Positions 50,162 through 59,974 of a stretch of 64,000 nt of DNA are shown here, in pieces. How positions within the stretch are numbered: position 1 is the stretch's first letter; the number at the start of each line of letters is the position of its first letter. The stretch covers positions 768,001 to 832,000 of the forward strand of contig CAVRUC010000007.1 of the NCBI GenBank assembly GCA_963724295.1, in the 5' to 3' direction. This DNA comes from an uncultured Chloroflexia bacterium (GTDB taxonomy: Bacteria > Chloroflexota > Chloroflexia > Thermomicrobiales > UBA6265). The translations under genes and the position numbers were made by a program. Under the pieces are notes generated by a model. The model was not told the DNA's origin and made no database searches. It saw only the letters and a program-made list of their open reading frames with translations.

Positions 50162-50935
50162 TCAGGAAACACTTTTCGCGGCAGCGCTCGGGTCAATCAG
50201 GTCCGCGTCACCGGAGGCGCGGTCGAGCGTGGCCTGCAGGCGCCCGGCGGCGGAGCGCATGTGCGCGTCCATGGCTTCCTCCGCTGCCCGCTCATCCCGC
50301 GCCCGCACGGCCTCGAAGATGGGGACGTGCTCGGCGTAGGAGATATCTCGATAGCCCTCCGCGATCACCCGTCCGATCCAGGCCCGGAGCAGCGCCTGGA
50401 TACTGGAGAGCACATCGCGCAGGGCCGAGTTCCGCGCCGTTTCTGCCAGCCGCAGGTGGAACTCGACGTCGGCATCGACAAAGGCCGCGGTCCGCGCGCC
50501 ATCGCGCGACTCTTGCTCCATGCGAGCGAGGATGTGGGCGAGATCGCCGAGATCGTCCTCGGTGCGCCGTTGCGCGGCCAACCCGGCGATATCGACTTCG
50601 ATTTTTTGCCGCGCTTCGACGAGATCGATGGTGCGCTGCTCGCCCAGCAGCAGACCCCACTCCACGACCTGGGGCAAGAGCGACGAGTCCGGTCGCTTGA
50701 GGTAGGTTCCATCCCCATGCCGGACCTCGATCAGACCGATCAGGGTGAGTGCCGCGATCGCCTCTCGCACGGCCGAGCGGCCAACCCCGAATGCCTCCGC
50801 CAGCTGCCGCTCCGACGGCATGCGGCCTCCGGGCTCGACCCCACCTGACAGCAGGTAGTCGACCAGTCGCCGCGCGACCTCGGCCGCCAGCGGTTCGCGC
50901 CGGATTGGCGCCACGTTCGGCAATGGGCCGCTCAC
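50162..50935 (-). CDS. GntR/FadR family transcriptional regulator
   Basis: PSERQLAEAFGVGRSAVREA wHTH; FCD domain with D.EFH and EH..I. Confidence 0.93.
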   Translation of the reverse strand: MSGPLPNVAPIRREPLAAEVARRLVDYLLSGGVEPGGRMPSERQLAEAFGVGRSAVREAIAALTLIGLIEVRHGDGTYLKRPDSSLLPQVVEWGLLLGEQRTIDLVEARQKIEVDIAGLAAQRRTEDDLGDLAHILARMEQESRDGARTAAFVDADVEFHLRLAETARNSALRDVLSSIQALLRAWIGRVIAEGYRDISYAEHVPIFEAVRARDERAAEEAMDAHMRSAAGRLQATLDRASGDADLIDPSAAAKSVS

Positions 50936-51819
50936 GACCCGGCTCCCGTCTCGCGCTCGCGGTCTGGCCGCATGTCAGCGGCCAGACCGCGATCCCGCCG
51001 TTCACGAAGTGGCCCCGTCGTCTCAGGCGACTCGTCGAGCCACCGCCGCAGGTTCTCGAGCGAGGTCGCCGTCGACAGCGCCGGCCAGAGCAGGTTCGCC
51101 ACCCGCTCGAACGTCGCCGCGCCGCCGAGCGCCGCCGTTTGAAACGGCCCTGTGTAGCGCCAGCGCCGCGCCAACCCGTCCCGCACGATCTCGTCGACTG
51201 TCGCCGGTGAGGCGACCCCGTTCTCTACCAGCCAGACCGCCTCCCGGAGGAGCGCAAGCTGGAGCCGGTTCCAGGCGAACCCCTGCACGTCGCGCTCGAC
51301 GAGCACCGGCCGCTTGCCCAGTTCCCGCAGGGTCGACGTCATTGCTGTGACAACACCCTCAGCGGTCTCGTCGCCACGAATGACCTCGACCATCGGCATC
51401 AGCAGCGGAGGATTCCAGTAGTGCACGCCGACGGTGCGCTCGCCCGCCTCGATCGCGGCGCCGATGGCCGTGATCGGGATCGAGGAGGTATTGGAGGCGA
51501 CGACGGCGTCGGGATTGCGGGCCACGACCGGCAGCAGCGCCTCCTTCTTCGCCACCAGATCCTCGACGACCGACTCGACGATGATGTGCGCGCCGTCGGC
51601 GCCGGCGCTCTCCTCCCCAATCGTCATCCGCTTACGCGCCCGAGCGACGTCTTCAGGATTGGCCAGCCCGTGCACACGCGCGGTAGAAAACCCACTCTCG
51701 ATCCGCTCGCCGGCGACATCCGGGCGGCGGGCGAGGACCACGACCTCGTGACCGCCAAGCGCGTACTCACACGCGATGTGCGATCCCATCAACCCCGGGC
51801 CGAGGAGGACGATCTTCAC
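50932..51819 (-). CDS. 3-hydroxyacyl-CoA dehydrogenase family (L-gulonate 3-dehydrogenase-like possible)
   Basis: GPGLMG, ESVVEDL..K, SNTSS, HYWNPP, GFAWNRLQ.ALLREA. Confidence 0.8.
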   Translation of the reverse strand: MKIVLLGPGLMGSHIACEYALGGHEVVVLARRPDVAGERIESGFSTARVHGLANPEDVARARKRMTIGEESAGADGAHIIVESVVEDLVAKKEALLPVVARNPDAVVASNTSSIPITAIGAAIEAGERTVGVHYWNPPLLMPMVEVIRGDETAEGVVTAMTSTLRELGKRPVLVERDVQGFAWNRLQLALLREAVWLVENGVASPATVDEIVRDGLARRWRYTGPFQTAALGGAATFERVANLLWPALSTATSLENLRRWLDESPETTGPLRERRDRGLAADMRPDRERETGAGS

Positions 51820-51834
51820 CTGCCGGTCCTCCCC

Positions 51835-52746
51835 CTAGCCGCGGACGGCGCCGAGCGTCAGCCCGCGCACGAAATGCCGCTGCACCAACAGCGCGAGCGC
51901 AAACACGGGCACCATGGCGACGACGGCCAGCGCGGATGCCTGACCCCAGTTCGAGCCCTGGGATCCCGAGAAACCGGCGATGGCCACGGGCAGCGTGACC
52001 GCCTTGGTCCGCGTGAAGACGACCGCGAAGAGGAACTCCATCCAGCTGAAGATGAAGGCGAAGGTTCCGGTCGCAATCAGCCCGGGCACCGCCAGCGGTA
52101 GCGTGATGCGTCGGAACGCTCCGAACCGCGTCGAACCATCGACGAGCGCGCTCTCCTCGATCTCGGCAGGAACCGCCTCGAAATACGAGCGCATCATCCA
52201 GATAACGAAGGGCAGATTGAAGACAGTGTAGAGCGCGATCAGCGCGGCGTGTGAGTCGAGTCCCAGCGCGGGGTTGATGCGCCCCAAGTCCCGCAATAAC
52301 AGGAAAAACGGGACGATAAGGACGACGGGAGGCATCAACCGTTGCGACAGTAGCCAGAACGCAAAATGGCGTCCGCCTGTATTGAGCCGCGCCAGACTGT
52401 ACGCCGCCAGGCTACCAACGAGCATCGAGAGAAACGTCGCACCAGTGGCGATGATCACGCTGTTCTTCAGGGCCAGGTTGCCCCGCTGCGCCATCACGTT
52501 CTGGTAGTGGACCAGCGTGGGGTTCCGGGGTATCCAGACCGGCGGGTTGCTCAGAAATTCGGCGGGCATCTTCACGGAAGTGGCGATCACCCAGAAGATT
52601 GGGAAGAGACAGAAGACCAGCACCACGAGGAGCACCACGTATCGTGCGGCCGTGCGCACTGCGCGCCAGCGGTCTCGCCGGACCCCAGCCAGCGTTTGGA
52701 CGTGATGCCCTGCCAGTGTCCCAGCATGGCTACTGGCGGCGCTCAT
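51835..52746 (-). CDS. carbohydrate ABC permease (MalG-like)
   Basis: EIEESALVDGS EAA loop; VRGLTLGAV C-terminus. Confidence 0.92.
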   Translation of the reverse strand: MSAASSHAGTLAGHHVQTLAGVRRDRWRAVRTAARYVVLLVVLVFCLFPIFWVIATSVKMPAEFLSNPPVWIPRNPTLVHYQNVMAQRGNLALKNSVIIATGATFLSMLVGSLAAYSLARLNTGGRHFAFWLLSQRLMPPVVLIVPFFLLLRDLGRINPALGLDSHAALIALYTVFNLPFVIWMMRSYFEAVPAEIEESALVDGSTRFGAFRRITLPLAVPGLIATGTFAFIFSWMEFLFAVVFTRTKAVTLPVAIAGFSGSQGSNWGQASALAVVAMVPVFALALLVQRHFVRGLTLGAVRG

Positions 52747-53699
52747 GTGTCTGACCTACGCACGAACAGCCCAACGTAGATCGTGGCGACAATTGTCAGC
52801 AAGATCACGACGATGAATGAAACCGCGGAGGCATAGCCGAGACGGAAGAACTTGAAGCCGAGCTGGTAGATGTACCAGGAAATCGATTCAGTGGACGTGC
52901 CTGGGGCGCCCTGGGTGAACATGTAGACCAGATCGAAGACCTTGAACGCATCGAGCGCGCGGAAGAGGATGGCGACCGCGATCACTTTCGCGATCCCTGG
53001 CAGCGATACGTCGCGCAGGGCCTGCCACCACCCCGCGCCATCGAGCGACGCCGCCTCGTAGAGCTCGGGATTGACACTTGAGAGCGCGGCCAGCAGGACG
53101 AGGAACATGAACGGCGTCCACTGCCAGACGTCGGTAACGATCATGGCGAAGAGCGCGGTATCGCGGTGGGCCAGCCACAAGATGTTGACGTCGCGGCCGG
53201 CGATCCAGCTCAGCGTCTGATTGATGGCGCCATACTGGTTGTCCCACAACATGCGCCAGGTCAGGCCGACCACGATCGGGACGACCATCACCGGGAGCAT
53301 CAGGAGCGGCATCGCGAACCGCTTGCCCCTGAAATCACCGACGAAGATCAGGGCCAGTCCAAGCCCGAGGAGAAACTCGACAGCCACAGCGCAGGTAACG
53401 ATGATCCCCGTGTTCAGGAATGCTCCCCAGACCCGAGGATCGATGAGGGCATCGCGATAGTTCTGGAGACCGATGAACGGGTGCTCCTGGCTCTGCAGAT
53501 CCCAGCGCTGAAAGCTGAGGGACAGCGATTGGATCAGCGGGAAGACAGTCAATCCCAGGATGAGTAGTAACGCGGGCAAGACAAAGAGCCAGCCCTCGAT
53601 ACGCCGTCTTGTGGCGTAGCCTGCGCCAGCGGGCGCGATTGTCGCTTGAGCAGGGGCTGTCTCGACCAAGTCCACTGCAGTGTCCTTTTGCCCGCGCAC
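52743..53699 (-). CDS. carbohydrate ABC permease (MalF-like)
   Basis: WQWTPF, ELYEAASLDGA, FKVFD. Confidence 0.92.
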   Translation of the reverse strand: MRGQKDTAVDLVETAPAQATIAPAGAGYATRRRIEGWLFVLPALLLILGLTVFPLIQSLSLSFQRWDLQSQEHPFIGLQNYRDALIDPRVWGAFLNTGIIVTCAVAVEFLLGLGLALIFVGDFRGKRFAMPLLMLPVMVVPIVVGLTWRMLWDNQYGAINQTLSWIAGRDVNILWLAHRDTALFAMIVTDVWQWTPFMFLVLLAALSSVNPELYEAASLDGAGWWQALRDVSLPGIAKVIAVAILFRALDAFKVFDLVYMFTQGAPGTSTESISWYIYQLGFKFFRLGYASAVSFIVVILLTIVATIYVGLFVRRSDT

Positions 53700-53780
53700 A
53701 GGGCGCTGCCTCGAGGGATCTCCGCGTGGGATTCGTGGCGCCCGTCGCGCTCATCGAACAACGGGCGCCACGAATCGGGA

Positions 53781-55361
53781 TCACTCGCTGTAATACGAGC
53801 CCGGCAGCGCCTTGAAGTTTTCATAGGCCGCAATCTGAGCTTCACGGCCGATGCGGTCGGTGATCTCATTGAAGCCAGCGTTTCCGGTGGCTAGAGCCTC
53901 CTCGACCGGGGTGCCTGCTTGCGCCGAGGTCACCGCCTGGTCGAGCACCGTGTGGTACTCGGCGGATCCTGGCATGATGATATCGATGAGTGCACCGTCG
54001 GCCGCTGCCTGCAGGGTGTCGAGATAATCACCAGCTGTCGGCCACAGCCCTCGGTACTCCTCCGAGGCAAAGTGGCTGAGCCGGTACGGATCGCGTAGCG
54101 CATACGGCAGCATCACCCGCTGCATACTGATCGTTGGGCTTGTCATCCATTGAACGAAGAAGTACGCGGCTTCCTTGTTGGCGCTATCGGCTGAGACACC
54201 GAGCGAGAATCCAGCGTTGTGCAGGCTATGACCCATCGGCATAACCGCGTAACCTACCTTGCCCTGGACCTGTGTCTCCGGTATCCAATTGAGCTGTTCG
54301 ACAGTCGTTCCCTCGGACCAGCGGCCTATTGGCGGCCAAGTGCCGCCGATCATGGCAAGTTGCCCACTCATCCAACTCGCGAGGACCTCAAGGAACGCCC
54401 AGGTCTCGACCCCAGGTGGCATCGTCTTGTTCGACGCAACCATGCGTGTCAACGTCTCGATGCCAGCCTGACTGTCGAGCGTTGCATCAAGCGTTTCATC
54501 GTCAAAGAAGCGACCGCCCCGGTTCCGGAACTCTTCTGAGAACCAGCCGTAGACCTGGCCAGGACCACGCTGGCTAGCGCCGCCCCACGCATTGCCGCCG
54601 CCCCGCTCGGTGAAGAAGGCCTGAATTTCGTCATACTCCGTCCAGTCCTTCGGCGCAGCCAGCTCATGACCATACTGCCCCATGAACGCGTCCTTGTTGG
54701 CGGGATCCTCGAACAGGTCAGTGCGGTAGTAGAGGATGATCACGTCGCCATCGTCGAACAACCCATAGCGCTGTCCGCCGTAGTTCATCAGCTCCTTGTA
54801 GAGCGGGTGGTAGTCGTCCAGATCCGCCGGCGCCATGAACTCCTCGATGTAGGGATTGAGCGGCTCAGCGACTCCCTGCGCCACGAAGTCGGCGGTCCAG
54901 GACGGCGGGAAGGTGATCACGTCATAGGCGCCTGTCGCCCCCAGGTGCTCCGCAACTTGAGTCGGAAAAAGTTCAATGAATGGCTTGGTGATCACGTTGA
55001 TCTTGATCCCGGTCAGTTCCTCCCAAAGCGGCCCGGTAAACAGCAGCGGATCCTGGGCTTGCAGATTCTCTTCATAAACAATATTGAGCTCGGCCGGCTT
55101 CGGATCGAGCGCGTTCGCCGCGTCAACTGCCGCCTGGGCCGAATCCGCGTTCTGACGCAGCGCGCGCTGGGCCGCACTGATCGCCGCTGGCGAGAGGCTA
55201 GGGGCGGCGCTGCGGGCGGCCACGGGTCGTGCGCGGCCGGCGATACCGAGCGCGGCAAGACCAGCCGCACCGTGCAGCACTTGCCGGCGCGAGGCTCGCG
55301 CTCGGGCAAACGACTCGAGGGCTTCTCGATGCTTCGGATCGATCGTCGGTTTCGAGTCCAT
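53781..55361 (-). CDS. carbohydrate ABC substrate-binding protein, Tat signal
   Basis: SRRQVL Tat motif; LYYRTDLF, PKDWTEY, KEAAYFFVQW. Confidence 0.88.
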   Translation of the reverse strand: MDSKPTIDPKHREALESFARARASRRQVLHGAAGLAALGIAGRARPVAARSAAPSLSPAAISAAQRALRQNADSAQAAVDAANALDPKPAELNIVYEENLQAQDPLLFTGPLWEELTGIKINVITKPFIELFPTQVAEHLGATGAYDVITFPPSWTADFVAQGVAEPLNPYIEEFMAPADLDDYHPLYKELMNYGGQRYGLFDDGDVIILYYRTDLFEDPANKDAFMGQYGHELAAPKDWTEYDEIQAFFTERGGGNAWGGASQRGPGQVYGWFSEEFRNRGGRFFDDETLDATLDSQAGIETLTRMVASNKTMPPGVETWAFLEVLASWMSGQLAMIGGTWPPIGRWSEGTTVEQLNWIPETQVQGKVGYAVMPMGHSLHNAGFSLGVSADSANKEAAYFFVQWMTSPTISMQRVMLPYALRDPYRLSHFASEEYRGLWPTAGDYLDTLQAAADGALIDIIMPGSAEYHTVLDQAVTSAQAGTPVEEALATGNAGFNEITDRIGREAQIAAYENFKALPGSYYSE

Positions 55362-55466
55362 CTCAGGCTCCTCTCAACTCCGTCCCACCACGGCGTGGGT
55401 CAGCAACAGTCCGCACGCGCCAGCGCGCGCCGGTGGTGCCGGTCGGGCCACGTGGTCCAACCTGGC

Positions 55467-56240
55467 CTAGTGCGTCGCGCGCAGAGCGTCGAGTCCCTGC
55501 CGCAGCGCAAGTTGATAGATCCAGAGGTCGCCGGAATAGGCCATCGCCCGGAACCCCTGCTGCAGGAGCGCCTGACCGTCGGCCACAGCGCCGGCCATGA
55601 TCCCGGGCACCTTCCCGTGCCGTTGGCAAACTTCCAACACCCGCTCGACGGCCGCCAGGTACGTCGGGTGGGAGAATTGCCCGGGTATACCGAGTGAGTT
55701 CGTCAGATCGAAGTGGCCGATCCAGAGGACGTCGATGCCATCGACCGCCGCGATCGCATCGACATTCTCGATGCCCCGTGCCGTCTCGATCTGTGCGATG
55801 AGCAGCACTTCGTCGTTGGCGACTTCCATTTTCTCGATGATGTCGCCACCGGTGTAGTCGTCGTGGGCCATCCCGAAGGCTGCTCCGCGGCGACCCGCCG
55901 GCGGGTACTTGGCCGAATCGACGATGACCTGCGCCTGTTCGGCGCTCTCGACCATCGGCACCATCAACCCCATCGCCCCGACGTCGAGAGGCCGCGCGAT
56001 GAGGTGATATTGCGTGGCCGGGATACGGACCATCGGCACGAGATCGGCGGCTCGAGAGCTGGCCATCAGGCCCCGGATGGTCTCGATGCTCCAGCCGGTG
56101 TGCTCCATGTCGTAGACGACGAACTCGGCGCCCGCTGCCGCGGCGATGCGCCCGATGCCGGTCGTCGAGAACTCGAAGATCATGGTCCCCAGGGACCGTT
56201 CTCCGGCCGCGAGCGCCCGCTTGACCCTGTTCTCCCTCAT
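55467..56240 (-). CDS. HpcH/HpaI aldolase family
   Basis: DMEH, LDVGAMGLMVPMVE, YPPAGRRG, QIET, IGHFDL. Confidence 0.9.
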   Translation of the reverse strand: MRENRVKRALAAGERSLGTMIFEFSTTGIGRIAAAAGAEFVVYDMEHTGWSIETIRGLMASSRAADLVPMVRIPATQYHLIARPLDVGAMGLMVPMVESAEQAQVIVDSAKYPPAGRRGAAFGMAHDDYTGGDIIEKMEVANDEVLLIAQIETARGIENVDAIAAVDGIDVLWIGHFDLTNSLGIPGQFSHPTYLAAVERVLEVCQRHGKVPGIMAGAVADGQALLQQGFRAMAYSGDLWIYQLALRQGLDALRATH

Positions 56241-57286
56241 TGCTGCTCCATCCGCTCCCGATACCGCCGCAGCTTCGCTTGCATCGCCGGGGTGTCGGCC
56301 GCTTCGCGGTTCACCACATTCGTCGGCACCTTTCCGGCGGCGACCTCCTGGATCGAGCGCAGCACGCTCTCACCCATGATCCCCTCGCACTCGTCCGTCC
56401 AGCAGAGCGCGTGCGGCGTGACGATGACGTTTTCGAGCTTCAGGATGGGATCGTTGGGATCGACCGGTTCCTGCTCGAAAACGTCCATCCCCGCTCCGGC
56501 GATGCGCCGGTCCCGCAGCGCTTCGTACAGCGCGACCTGATCGACGAGCGGCCCGCGGGCCGTGCTGATCAGGTGGGCCGTCGGCTTCATCATGGCCAGG
56601 CGCTCGGCGTTGACGATGTGCCGCGTCTCCGGCGTCAACGCCGCGGCCACGACGACGAAATCGGACTCTTTGAGCAGGGTGTCGAGGTCGGTCAGCTCCA
56701 CCCCTTCCGCCTCCGCAACCGCGGCCAGCGCGTACGGGTCGTACGCGACGTGGCGCATACCGAGCGGTCTGGCGATGCGATGGGTCTCCTGCGCGATTCG
56801 TCCGAACCCGATGGTGCCGAGGGTCTTGCCGACCAGTCCCGTGCCGCGAGCATCCTGCTTGTCGGCCCAGCGACCCTCGCGCGTCAGCCGGTCCTGTTCG
56901 AGCAGGCGCCCGGCCAGGGCCAGCATGAAGGTCAGATTGACGACGGCCATCGGCCGCTGCACCGCCTCCGGGGTGATCGTCAGGAACACCCCGTTGGCGG
57001 TACAGGCCGCGACGTCGATGTTGTCGTAGCCGACGCCGAAGCGCGCGACCAGACTCAGGCGCTCATTGCCTTCGAGCGTCGCCTGGGTGACGCGCGGTCC
57101 GAGCACCCCAAGTGCGTCGAAACCGGCGATCTCCTCGGGCCGCAGCTCGCCCCCGTGCTCCGGAAGAAACGTCACATCGATACCAGGGGTGCGCTCCAGC
57201 AAGCGCACTCCGGCCCCACCGAATCCAAGCTCGCCGTTGGGACGGATGAAATCGCGCGTGACGCCGACGCGAAAAGTCTCGCTCAT
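56237..57286 (-). CDS. D-2-hydroxyacid dehydrogenase family
   Basis: GVGYDNID, GFGRIA, TARG, DVFEQEP, TPH. Confidence 0.9.
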   Translation of the reverse strand: MSETFRVGVTRDFIRPNGELGFGGAGVRLLERTPGIDVTFLPEHGGELRPEEIAGFDALGVLGPRVTQATLEGNERLSLVARFGVGYDNIDVAACTANGVFLTITPEAVQRPMAVVNLTFMLALAGRLLEQDRLTREGRWADKQDARGTGLVGKTLGTIGFGRIAQETHRIARPLGMRHVAYDPYALAAVAEAEGVELTDLDTLLKESDFVVVAAALTPETRHIVNAERLAMMKPTAHLISTARGPLVDQVALYEALRDRRIAGAGMDVFEQEPVDPNDPILKLENVIVTPHALCWTDECEGIMGESVLRSIQEVAAGKVPTNVVNREAADTPAMQAKLRRYRERMEQQ

Positions 57287-57297
57287 GCCCCTCACTC

Positions 57298-58056
57298 TCA
57301 GCGTACGGAGATACCGCCATCGACGTGGAAATGGGAGCCGGTGGCGAACGCCGATTCGTCCGAAGCCAGGAAGACCGCGATCCCGGCCATGTCTTGCGGC
57401 GTACCGACCCGCCCGATCGGGTGCAGCGCCACGAGCTTGGCTCGTACCTCCGGGTCGTCCATCAGCGGTTTGGTCAGTGTCGTCTCGATCGAGCCCGGGA
57501 CGATGCCGTTGACGCGAATGCCGTATGGCGCGTAGTCGGCAGCCATGACGCGGGTAAGACCCATGACCCCAGCCTTGGAGGACGAGTAGGCATGCCAGCC
57601 CGCGCCAGACATGGTGAGCCCTGTCGGAGAGCCGGCGTTGATGATCGAACCGCCGTCGCCGCTCTCCATCATCAGCCGCACCCCATGTTTGCACGTGAGA
57701 TAGACCCCGCGCAGATTGACGTCATGAGTTCGCTGCCAGACGTCGATATCCAGCTCGTGTACCGGCGCATCTTCGCCGATGAGCTGCACCGCGGCGCAGG
57801 TGTAGAGCACGTCGAGGCGCCCATGTCGGCGGCGCACCTCGTCGAATGCGGCGGCGATGCTCGCTTCGTCCGAGACGTCGGTGATCAGCGGAAACGCCTG
57901 GTCGCCGATCTCCTGGACTGTGGCCTCGACAGCCGGCGCATTGCGATCAAGCACACCAACGGTCGCTCCTTCGCGAGCAAACGCGCGGGCGGCTTCTTGC
58001 CCGATCCCACTCCCCGCCCCGGTGACGACGGCAACCTTGCCCTGCAGGCGCCCCAC
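57298..58056 (-). CDS. short-chain dehydrogenase/reductase
   Basis: TGAGSGIG, YSSSK, IRVNGIVPG, VDGG. Confidence 0.92.
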   Translation of the reverse strand: MGRLQGKVAVVTGAGSGIGQEAARAFAREGATVGVLDRNAPAVEATVQEIGDQAFPLITDVSDEASIAAAFDEVRRRHGRLDVLYTCAAVQLIGEDAPVHELDIDVWQRTHDVNLRGVYLTCKHGVRLMMESGDGGSIINAGSPTGLTMSGAGWHAYSSSKAGVMGLTRVMAADYAPYGIRVNGIVPGSIETTLTKPLMDDPEVRAKLVALHPIGRVGTPQDMAGIAVFLASDESAFATGSHFHVDGGISVR

Positions 58057-58189
58057 CGCATCCCCTCCCCGAATCAGCCTCAGCGCGCCGACTGGCCGCT
58101 AGCGTTTTGCGCACGCCCTTTGAGACCCGATATGGCCATGGGGCGCTCGCTCGCGGCGAGCCGGTCCTCGGCAGCAATAACCGGTTCAG

Positions 58190-58244
58190 TGGTTGACTGG
58201 TTGACCAATACACAGATGCTATCGGCGGCGGTCTCCCTTGTCAA
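58190..58244 (-). promoter_or_regulatory. sigma70 promoter of the sugar operon with a FadR-type operator near the start site
   Basis: TTGACA (58244-58239)-N17-TAGCAT (58221-58216); TGGTTGAC-TGGTTGAC-CAAT at 58190-58209. Confidence 0.65.
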
Positions 58245-58348
58245 GATGTCGCAGCAGGTTCGCTGGGGTCAATGTGTGCCATGCCGTTCTGACCCGCGAG
58301 TGCTACTCAGCTTGACGCCCCTACTCGGAACTGATTAGGATCACCCCC

Positions 58349-59614
58349 GTGACGATTCCGGCTCCCTCCGCTGCTGCTGACTGGTGTAGACGCGCCCACG
58401 GCGCGGTCTCGCTCGCGGTTGTGCTGCTGGTTGTCGCGGCGCTCTGGACGCCCCTGGCACTGGCACAGGAAGTACCCGAGCTGCAGATCACCTCGACCAA
58501 TTACATCGCCATCGATGCCGAGACCGGTGAGATCTACGCCCAGCGCGGCGCGCACGAGCAGCGGGCGCCGGCGAGTCTGACCAAGGTCTTCACGGCCATC
58601 GAGACGATCGAGTCCCTTCCGCCGGACACGCCGGTGATCACCAGCGAATCGGACCTGGTGAGCGAGTTCGCCAGCCAGGTCGGCTTCTCCCCCGGCGAAC
58701 AGTTCACGGTCGAGGAATTGCTCTACGGCATGATGCTGCCGTCGGGGAACGATGCGGCGCGTGCGCTGGCGCGGACTGCTGGCGCCGAGGAAGGCGATAC
58801 CGACGAGGAAGCGCTCAACCGATTTCTGGCCCGCATCAATCAGCGCATCCAGAACATGGGGTTGACCAACACGCACCTCGTCGATCCTGACGGCTGGGGA
58901 GTTCCGGGACACTACTCGTCCGCTTACGACCTCGCGGCGTTTACGATGTACGCGCTGCGCTATCCACGATTCGTGCAGGCCTTCTCGACGGGCATCTACG
59001 AGACGGCTGACGGCTCGTATGAGTTCCGCAACAACAACCGCATGTTGCGCACCTACGAGGGCATCGTCGGCGGCAAGACCGGGTACGACGATGACGCGGG
59101 GTGGTGTCTGATCAATGTCGCCGAGCGGAACGGGAGGCGGGTCATCGCCGTGACCATGAACGGGGTCGCACCCGACGACTGGTACGACGACAATCGCGTC
59201 CTGCTGGACTACGCGCTCGAGCAACAGGCGCTGCGATCCGAGACCGGCGCGGGAATAACCGGAGAGGTCGTCCGCTTCCGCGATCCGGACGCCGCCACGA
59301 TCCTGGCCATGGGCTCGGCGGGGGGCACGATCGGGCAGCCCGCGCTGAGGGCGGCGCTCGAGCCGATGGAAATCCAGCCCGCAGTTCCGCAACCCATTTC
59401 GGTTCCGGGGGAGCAATTGGGGGTCAGCGGGGCCGGATGGACCGCCGCGCTCCTGGTTGCCGCGGGGTTGATCGCGGTGCAAGGGTCCGCGACCTGGCGC
59501 CTGCGATCTGGACGGCTCCGCAACGGGGCCGGCACGATCTTCCTGGAGACGAATCTGCTAGCGGCACCCGGGCCAGGTTCGCTCCTGGAGCCGGTGGCAA
59601 CGGCCAGCGATTGA
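58349..59614 (+). CDS. D-alanyl-D-alanine carboxypeptidase (S11)
   Basis: PASLTK (SxxK), SGN, GKTG; signal peptide and C-terminal TM. Confidence 0.9.
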   Translation: MTIPAPSAAADWCRRAHGAVSLAVVLLVVAALWTPLALAQEVPELQITSTNYIAIDAETGEIYAQRGAHEQRAPASLTKVFTAIETIESLPPDTPVITSESDLVSEFASQVGFSPGEQFTVEELLYGMMLPSGNDAARALARTAGAEEGDTDEEALNRFLARINQRIQNMGLTNTHLVDPDGWGVPGHYSSAYDLAAFTMYALRYPRFVQAFSTGIYETADGSYEFRNNNRMLRTYEGIVGGKTGYDDDAGWCLINVAERNGRRVIAVTMNGVAPDDWYDDNRVLLDYALEQQALRSETGAGITGEVVRFRDPDAATILAMGSAGGTIGQPALRAALEPMEIQPAVPQPISVPGEQLGVSGAGWTAALLVAAGLIAVQGSATWRLRSGRLRNGAGTIFLETNLLAAPGPGSLLEPVATASD

Positions 59615-59640
59615 CAGGTTCGACGCGATGTTTCTATCCT
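59611..59640 (+). promoter_or_regulatory. sigma70 promoter for T-box/thrS
   Basis: TTGACA-N18-TATCCT. Confidence 0.6.
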
Positions 59641-59659
59641 TCACTGGTCAATTGACGCG

Positions 59660-59911
59660 CCACGGCGTCGATCGGGACGAGTAGCTGCGGGACCATCGCC
59701 AGAAAGACCGGCTGACGCTGAGAGTCCGGTTCGACATGGCCCCGGCGAAAACCACCCGGGAGCCGGTCACCGAAACTCCGCGGGAGCGTAGGCTGGCCCG
59801 GTAGGCCCCGTTAGCGGCCACGTCGAGCAGGCGGCACTGAGGTGCCACAGCCTGAAATGAGGGTGGAACCACGCCGGTCCGGCGTCCCTGTTGGGGACAC
59901 GGGCCGTTTTT
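59660..59911 (+). promoter_or_regulatory. T-box riboswitch (Thr specifier ACC)
   Basis: AGTA, AGAAAG, GCTGAGA stem I motifs; GAAA-ACC specifier at 59751-59753; T-box AGGGTGGAACCACG at 59860-59873; terminator with U-tract to 59911. Confidence 0.92.
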
Positions 59912-59974
59912 CATGCCCTGCGCGCCGATTGGCGCGAGTCGCGGGAAGCGATGCACCAGAGCGGAGTGACCGAG

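Noticed and set aside
50932..51819. D-apionate oxidoisomerase (ApnO) call
   Set aside because: Motifs (SNTSS, HxxNP, GFxxNRLQ) are those of the 3-hydroxyacyl-CoA dehydrogenase family
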